From: Bugula neritina
Taxonomy: Eukaryota > Animalia > Bryozoa
Assembly (NCBI GenBank): GCA_964035545.1
Contig: OZ037765.1
Span: forward strand, 17,918,995-17,982,994
Length of the DNA stretch: 64,000 bases
Reading direction: 5' to 3'
The notes under the pieces are model-generated. The model saw only the letters and a program-made list of their open reading frames with translations. It searched no databases and was not told where the DNA came from. The first letter of the stretch is position 1; each line of letters begins with the position of its first letter. Shown piece after piece: positions 55,701-64,000 of this stretch. The translations under genes were made by a program, and so were the position numbers.

Positions 55701-58700
55701 AGAGCAGACGAGACTCAAGTCTGAAGAGCTGGTTGCTACCTGTGAACAGCTTCAAAGTGAAGTGAGCTCAACCAACACCAGGATAATCAGTCAGAAGGTC
55801 ACTATACAGGTCAGCATTTGTTTGTCAAATTCAGAAAGATTAATGTTAATTATTAGATTTATGTGATGAAGCAACCAGTTAGCTATACATTGCTTTGTTG
55901 AAATAGAATTAATTAAAAGAAATAATGTTGATAAATGGGTACATAAAGCAAATAGTTAACTGTGATATTTTAGTTTGAACAATTAATTCTGCTTTTGTTA
56001 TTTCAGAAACTAGAGTCAGACTTGAGCAATTCATCTGCTAGAATCTCTGAGCTGGAGAATATTGTTGAGCAAAGCATGCCCAGGCAGCAGGCAGACCAGG
56101 AAAGAAGACTTTTAGAACAGAAAGTCAAGGTGAAGCATGCAGTTCGAGAAATTTGTAATGTATCTAGTGGTTATTGTTAGTTGGCTAGAAGTCACAAAAA
56201 TGTATAACTACTTTAAGAAATAAATTTAATAAATTCTGTAAGAAAAAGACTTTTTACCCAGAAACTGGAGTGTCACCAAAGTCATGTAATTTTTGTATTT
56301 ATTTTAGAGCTGTTATTCTATAATTTTACATATTTTGAAGTCTATAACTGATAGACAGTTGTTTCTATTGTAGACAGCCACCCTAGACCTAGGTAAAAGG
56401 ACATCAGAGTTGAAGCAAGTCAAATCTGAGTTAGAGACGTCCAAGGACTCTGTTACAAGTTTAAATGACAGGTCTATCTATATCTATTAACATATTCCAG
56501 CTCTAATGATTAGGGTTTGTTTAAAGAAGTTTGATTTTTTTACTTTTAATAAAAGCAGAAGAATTTTAGCTTTTTCGGTTTAATTGAGCAAAAGTAACGC
56601 CTAATGTCTCTTAATTATTCTTTTATAATTCTGCCTTTGCAATTGATTAAAAGATTTTTCTTACAGATAGCTTACTAATTCTTTCCACCTTGCTATGTCT
56701 CATAGGGTGAAAATTATTTTCTTATAAAGTTAAACGTACTATAAGTTTTTTTCAACTACACAAACAACAGTTGGCAGTTGACAATTACCAACTAACAAGT
56801 ATATGACATACTAAAACCTCAAAATAATCCGACACTTTTTTGTGACGCTCTCAAAAATTTTACAAAAAAGATCACGTGTTGAAATCATACCTGAATTACA
56901 AAACTGTTGAGTTATTTTATATTCCATGCATTGAAAATTGCTATGTTGATTGTTTTGGTGTTGAATTCAAAATAAAGGGAGTAAATCTGGTTAAATTTAT
57001 TAATTTAATATTAAATATAAATATATGCCTGACTGCAGGGTGGGGCGACTAGAAAGAGATGTTCTGCAGAAAAGAACTTTACTTGAAGATTTAAGGTTGA
57101 AGTTGAGGCTGGCTAAGGAGTCCGCTAAGTCTGATCTGCAGCTACTGGAGAGTAAATCTGAGGAACTAGCAAGAACCAAGGCTATATCTGAGCAAACTAA
57201 GACTACAGTATGTCCTAATGGCTATATTATAGCATATTTTCAATGATGGATACTAGATGCTACTCTAATACTAGCTTTATTAGTAAATGTCGCAAATACA
57301 GTAGGCAGGCAAGCAGTAAATTTTCCTGAACTTATAATTATTTTATAAAATGTAGAAGTTGATTGAGCAATTCATTAACATAAACTTGTGTTAATGTTCC
57401 TCTTGAACAGATGGAGTCTATGAAATGCAGTATTAAAGCTCTGACTAAAGATAGGAAGGACCATGAAAATAAGTGTAAACAAATGCAACAAGAGCTTACG
57501 AAGAAAGAAAAACAACTTGCAAATTGTCAGGGTAAGCTATAATTGCTGATGCAGAAAAATAAACTTATTAACTTATTTAAATTGTAACCACTGCTAGGCT
57601 TTAAAGAAGTTGATCTAAAAAGCAAATAATATTTTTTTTACAGAATAATGAGTTCTAAACAACATTTTTCCTAGCAAAGCATTAAAATACAGATTTTTAC
57701 CTCTTCTAGTCAAGTATTAAAGCTTGAAAGCGATTAAAAAATATATTAAACTTCTGAGCTTATATTTGAAATGAAATTATATAATATTAAGATATTGTTT
57801 TAATAGATCAATATTAATAAGCTGCAATATAATTATGAAGATTATAAACTTTGCAATTTAGGAGTTTATCACTTCATAAATCATTTTATTTAGATACATT
57901 GAAAAACCTTTGTTTATAACTGAATTGAAAGCAGTTATACTCTCGAATCTGGGATCAATTTAAATATTTCTTCATTTACTCAGTATGGAGTGAATGAGCA
58001 TGATCACTCTGATTAATTAAATATTATAAAACCCAGAGACTCTGGAATTTTTGTTTATCATTTTGAATTATTTTATGGAAATGTTTCGAAAAACTCATTA
58101 AGGATTCGATTAAATTGGATTAAAAATGACAACTGGTGATTCATCTGTCTGCTGACTGCTGCATCATACTGAAAGGTGTGAATTTTATTTACTCAAGTTT
58201 GAGCAAAGCTATGAATAGCTTTACTTTCTTGAATAATTTAATAAGCTCACCAGGTTTTTATACTGAAGCCTTATTAAAAATGTTGAATTCTATAAAGAAA
58301 AAGATATTTCAGAGGATAACTCCTAAATTCAAACCAAACTACTTAAAACTGATCTTTTTTACAAAGTATTCAGCTGAAAACAAGCTGAGAGAAATCAGTA
58401 ATATTTATTGGATCAAAGCTGTCTAAAATATATTAATCACAAAATGAATTGGTAGATCTTTCAACTCCTTAAATCATTGGGCTACTGAACTCAACTCTGA
58501 ATGACTACGAATGAATAAAATTTACTGAGAATAAGTAACTACTCTACTTTTCACCTCTATGTTGTCGACACACAAATCATTCACTACGGCATATAATGTT
58601 TAATTTGGAGTTATGTCATACTGGCTCTTTACTATTGCAGCTAAAGTATGCGAACTTCAGAAAGAAATGGATAATCTTCAAGAAACAGCTCGACAGCAAC

Positions 58701-59718
58701 TGGTTGATCTTGCGGCTCAAGGGGAGAATGCAGTTGGTATAGCCCAAAGTCAGCTAGTGAATGCACATCAACTGATTGAGAAGTTCCAACTCACTATCAA
58801 GGTGTTTGTCTAGCCACTATAATGCAATTACCTGTAGTAAATAAAGAAAAAAATGATGCCATATAATTGTATTAACTGGGAATTGTCATCGTTTTGTTAT
58901 ATTTTCTCAATGTTAAGTCTTAAAGCTGTTAAGTTTTCATTGTGTAGTTTGTGAAATTTATACAGAATGTGATTGTATATCAGGTGTTATCAGACAGACT
59001 GTTGGCCAGGCAAGAGGAGTTTAGATTAGAGCGTCAAAGGCAGGTAAGGGAAGAGCAGAAGCGAACTAAGAAGGCCAAGAATAAGAAAGCTGAGAACAAG
59101 GCACTGAATGAGGCCAAGAGGAGAGCTCAAGAGATACTCAACTTGTCTGCTTATGATATTGAAGACTTTCTAAACTCTGATACGGACAGTGAGGATGAGC
59201 AGGTGGGCTTATTGCTCTCGTAGTCCAATTAAATTGGAAAAAAAAACAGAATTTGGAACTTCATTTTTCATTACAACAAAAAACTCTGCATTGACCAGAT
59301 TTAAATGCATTAAGTAATATGGTTCTGCCATATTTAAGGGTATTGCCATAGTTTGCTATTTACTGGTAAATTTTGCTGCATTTCTCTGATACTGTGGAAA
59401 ATTGCTTAAATAGTTCAGAAAGAAATCATAATCATGGGTTCTTTTTTTAGTCTTTCTCCAGTTACTGGAAAAAAGAGAATTCTAAATGGATCAAAAGGTG
59501 GGAGAAAGCTTTAACTGAAGGGGTGAGTTAATGTGACTTGCTTGGTTTTCCATTCAAAAGCGTTAAAGTTACTTACATGTATAGAAAAAATAAGAAATAC
59601 CAACCGCTACTTTCATATTGAGACACGTCTAATACTATATTTTTTGTAGGACTTTGTCAATAGAGTTGCGGAATTGTTCATGGAAAAAGTTGATGAAATA
59701 AGTAATTTGGCAAGGTAG
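44492..59718 (+). CDS. CNTLN: Centlein (centrosomal coiled-coil protein), about 27 coding exons
   Basis: Spliced exons give LSQCQVDKEFVWSLWKKLQVASPDITEAVALVVEREKQKSEDKDRKVLDILHLKD (diagnostic centlein N-terminus), LQQEDSQAAWNELRFVKNEN, RLERDVLQKRTLLEDL, RAQEILNLSAYDIEDFL; stop TAG 59716-59718. The ATG at 44492 is inferred. Confidence 0.92.
45910..45924. repeat. Poly-C run (~15 nt) in a CNTLN intron
   Basis: Directly visible. Confidence 0.8.
52619..52706. repeat. (TA)44 microsatellite in a CNTLN intron
   Basis: Directly visible. Confidence 0.95.
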
Positions 59719-59903
59719 TCCAGTCAAAAGACCTTAACATTTTAGTATTTAAATTGATTGAGTGTGTGAATCATGTATATTTATTGTTGAGTAAAATTTA
59801 ATTGTGCATCTTAACTCTGCAGTGTGTTCACTTTGTAATATTTTGTAGAAATTAATAAGTATTTGTGAAATAATTAAACTAGATGATGTATCAAAATTTG
59901 ATA

Positions 59904-59920
59904 TTTATTTATTAAATAAA
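59904..59920. terminator. Bidirectional poly(A) element between CNTLN and CCDC171
   Basis: TTTATTTATTAAATAAA: AATAAA on + (59915-59920) and twice on - (59904-59913). Confidence 0.55.
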
Positions 59921-60074
59921 AACACCAAATATATATATTTTAAAACAACTGACAAAATTCTCAACATTTTGCACACTGGTCAAACCAAATTAATATCATA
60001 ATTTATAAATATGGAAGCACTAGTGTAATAAAGCACAAACCCAGGCCTACGTAGTTTTATATCTAATTTTCAAT

Positions 60075-63000
60075 TCACACTAACATCACCCACAAATCAT
60101 CTGAGGTTATGTTTCTTTCTTAATCTTGATTCTGTATTGGATGGAGGTCTGAATGAAGAGCTAAAATTAGAGAGATTGATCTTTAAATTCTATTTCCAAT
60201 GTAATTAGTATAAATAGTAGGCAACAAACATGAGTCAAGAGTAGAATTCAAATATAACAAGAGGGAATGAGGAAGGGTGCTTTCATTTGACAAAATAGTT
60301 TTATACTTTTGGTAGATTTGTGTTTGCAGCAATCAAATTATCAGATTAGTCAATGTCTACTTTCTATAAAGTGAAGTGTAAATTAGAGAGGCTAGTTCCA
60401 GATATATAATTGTAATAGGTTTGCAATGCCAGATTATTTCGTTTTGAATGATGAGCCAACCCTTGATGAAACATGACCACACAAATTGCCTATATAACCT
60501 AGTAGGCCAGTTAGATGGTACCATAAAGTATGCCTAGTTTGGAGAACTTGATTTTTGCAGTAAGGTATGAAAATTGAAAAATTCTTGTCATGGAAAAATA
60601 TAACCTAAAAGTTTAATTTGCTTTGGCCCATACCTTTGCAGCCTAGTAGCAGGCTTCTTAGGAACTTCAAGTTCTGTTGAAGTAAATTTTTTATGATTCT
60701 TTATTGAATTTTCATCTCCATTAGAAAACTCAGGTTCGTTCTGCATAGACATGAAATCTGTGACACTAAAATTAGACAATTGACGCCTGTAAGACAGCGA
60801 AAAGTGCTTCAGAATATTATAATGTATTTTATCTAAATTATATTAAAGTTAAAAAAACATCAAGTTTGTTAGAAATTGTTGATTGCAACAAAAATCATAA
60901 GTGTGTTTAGTTGGCACTTGGCATAGCAAAAAAATATGAATCACCAAATTTATAAAACAAGAATTCAATGCTGAGGTTTTGAGGAGGAAAAGCAACACAT
61001 ACCTTTCTAAATCAATAGATTTGTCAAATCTAGGAGTGATATCTTTGTCTTGATAATGACCTAGTCTAGTACTCTGTAATCTATTGTAGTCCTCTCCTCT
61101 AGGTACAAGTTTGGGAGATTCACTGCAAGGCATCTACAATTAGCACAGCTAAAATTGATAAACCCACTGATCTCAGAATGCTGATACCTTTAATAAATCC
61201 TTGATCTCCTTCATATTGTAACTCACAATAATTGTAAATGCCTCGTACTACCATGGCAGTGTGCCTTATAACAAGGGATGTGTTCATACTGATTTATAAA
61301 ATTACAAACAAGTCATTTCCTGAAACTATCAAAACTGTACATAACTCTAAATATGCAAGCAAATTAAAATTTACAGAAATTTGCATTGATTGAATAACAC
61401 TTGCACATATATACCTATTATAATAGTATAATAACAATGTTATATAATATAATACCAAAGTTTTTTAGTTGTAGATTAATGATGTCCTGATTTAAAATAT
61501 AGGCATCATTAACAACTTTCACTCTGAAACCATTTTACTTTAACCTTAGCATTACTGCGAGTATTTCACTGATTAATCCCAAATGGCTTTGTTAAAACAC
61601 TTTGTTAACAGAGCAAATAAGTGTTTTAATTTGGCAAACTTCAAGAAGTGCAATCAGAAAATTGCATGATGATTGTATTGTCATAAACATGTAGTAATAC
61701 ATTTACATGATCTCACACTGTGCTCTATACATATAAGGTAGAGGTAGAGGTACCTCAGAAGGCGCATCCAATTGTCTTCTACATGCAGCCGACAACTCAT
61801 CTTTTAGTCTAGCTATGTGCTTCCTGTGTGAACAAATCTCATCATTCAGTCCACTCATATGATTGTGTGCAGCACGGAGAGCATCGGTGAATGCATTAAC
61901 CAATGATTGCAAGGATAACAAATCTCCACTTAGTTTGCATTCAGGGAGCAGAGCTTTCGAATTCATGATTGTTGATACATCCTTAGTAGTAATATCAGAT
62001 CTACACTGTAAGAGAAACATGTATGTTATTTGCAAAGCTTTTCGTTCCAATAAATCTGAACATACCTATATAGTTAACTAGCACTCAGTAACACATCCAT
62101 TAAACATTACAGCTTTATTTGAAGTCAGCTGAATAGCTACAAAGAAGTACATCTACTACTAGTCTTGCTTCAACACCAAGAGCCTGGAATGATCAGATGT
62201 TGCATGGTCACTCAGGGAAACCAGCTGGTACACAAGTTACTAGGGTTCTCTCTAGAGTAAATAAGTGTTGGGGACACATGCACGTGTATGTTGAAGCAGA
62301 ATTTGTGTGAAAGTACCTTACATTTAGGAGTTTTAGGTATATGTTGCTGTGCATCACTCAGAAAATAAAAACATCCTGGCACCTTGCACTTGATTAAAAT
62401 TTATTAGTTAGTTATTTTAAAATGACTATTAAAAAAGAAGATTTTTTTATTAACTTGAACAATAGAACTTCAATTGAGCAAGGTTGTCTCTCAAAATACA
62501 TGCAGTTCATTTGGACAGAAAAGTTTTCGTGGTCTAAAATTTAACTAAAAACAGGAAAATAGTTGTATGCAGCACAACAATAAACAGTGTATTTTTGGCA
62601 CAAAAGATATATTTAAAGACTACTAAAAAAATATACTTTTGAGTATGCAAAATTAACATTCGAATACATTGATATTGCATATTGATAAATAGATTATTAG
62701 ACAACCCATTGTTGTAGAACATATATTTACTACTTGCCACCTACTTTATCAAATGCTGTAGTGAGAGATCGTATGTAAATTCCAAGGTATTCTTTCTCTT
62801 TGGCAGCCATTTTTAGGGCTTCTTCAGCATCATAAACATTGTTTTGTAGTTGTGTTCTTTCTAACTCCAGCTTTGACACCCTGCTCTTTAGGTGCTGTAT
62901 AGTGTTGGATTTGGCCATGGCATCTGATTTTCCATCTTCAAGAGACTAAAAAGCATAACACATGATTAAATATTTTAGAACTTTTACATAATAATCAGCT

Positions 63001-64000
63001 ATTGGTTTTGCTAACTAATGGCAGGTAGAACAATTTTAAGTTCATAACTACAGATTTACAAAAGAAATGTGTTGGTTTATACCTCAACTAAAATTTTCCA
63101 AATGTTGTATATTTTCCTTCAATTCGGTATACATATGTGCTACGTTTAGTAGCTATGCAATGTCACATTATAGTGATATTTTATGACACTAGCAGTTAAC
63201 TGAAGCATCCTTAAAAATAACTTTCAACTAATTATATTAACTCGAGATTTTATATGGAATTGCTTTTTTTCAGTGACCTCACATCTGCTTACTAAAATGA
63301 AATTAACATTAATCTCATATTGTTAATATTGTAAAAAATGGTATTTATGTTAAAAGAACTAAAATCATTAATAGACGAAAAAGGCTTTTTTAAAGACTTC
63401 ATGCAAGGACTTATTTGTTTCAAATTTTATTCTCTTGAAATTACTACCGAAAACTATTATTGCTAATTTCATTTGGTTACAAAATAAAAAATTCAGGATC
63501 TTCATTCCACTTATTTAGAAGCATAGTTCTGCTGCATTTTATAGTATGGTCTCAGTTAACAGAACACAATTCCCAATAACCTCCAGTTATTTAAAATGCA
63601 GAAACTATTTATCTTTATCAAACAGCGTAGGAGAGGCATACTTTTAGTGATTCTTGAATTTGCGACTCATGTTTTGCTCGTATAGCCTCTTCCTCGGTGA
63701 GCCGGTGACTGATGTCTCTCAGCTTATCACTCTGCTCTGCCAGCAGTCTCTGGGCTTGCTTTTCTCTCTCCAGTGTGTGGTTCAACTCACCAACAACACT
63801 GTCATACTTGTCCACACTCACCATCCTCTCAGCCTGTCAGACATCATGGCAAACTGACAATGACTAATCATTTTTGCTTACTTTTTGTATTTCTCTCAAA
63901 TACAACATTCAACCTGTGGTAATGACCTACCTGGTTTCGAAGAACTGCTATCTCTAATTCGAAATTTTCAGCTGATTGCTCAACTTGTCGCAGCTGTTGC
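60075..64000 (-). CDS. CCDC171: Coiled-coil domain-containing protein 171, 3' part (continues off the right edge)
   Basis: Exons about 63931-64000, 63641-63856 (ELNHTLEREKQAQRLLAEQS, cf. CCDC171 ALHREQQAQMLLNEQ), 62744-62945 (AEEALKMAAKEKEYL), 61753-62005 (LNDEICSHRKHIARLKDELSAACRR), 61003-61133, 60634-60787, 60075-60161. Confidence 0.8.

Overview
AT-rich, intron-rich eukaryotic (invertebrate-like metazoan) genomic DNA; the species cannot be determined from sequence alone. Six host genes: DOLK (minus, 3' part runs off the left edge), TSR1 (+, 18 coding exons), ZNF622/Rei1 (minus, 7 coding exons), an intronless ERMARD/C6orf70 (minus, stop codon ~310 bp upstream of the ZNF622 ATG), centlein CNTLN (+) and CCDC171 (minus, 5' part off the right edge). 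Mobile DNA: a full-length but decayed Mag-like Ty3/Gypsy LTR retrotransposon (14487-18896, ATGAT TSD), a 2.4-kb foldback DNA element with ~430-bp inverted arms, an 8-bp TSD and a TA-satellite core (22190-24562), several MITEs and a tRNA-derived SINE. Most notable: (1) ERMARD-ZNF622 looks like a shared-promoter unit (nested retrogene or trans-spliced operon), placing a HEPN-type RNase beside two late ribosome-maturation factors; (2) degenerate period-3/6 simple-sequence tracts sharing exact words lie in the 5' leader region of every gene start in the window and are not evident in internal introns; (3) CNTLN-CCDC171 adjacency echoes their human 9p22 linkage; (4) both convergent gene pairs have interlocked poly(A) signals. 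All exon and repeat coordinates were read by eye and may be off by a few bases; gene identities rest on recalled homology, not on a database search.
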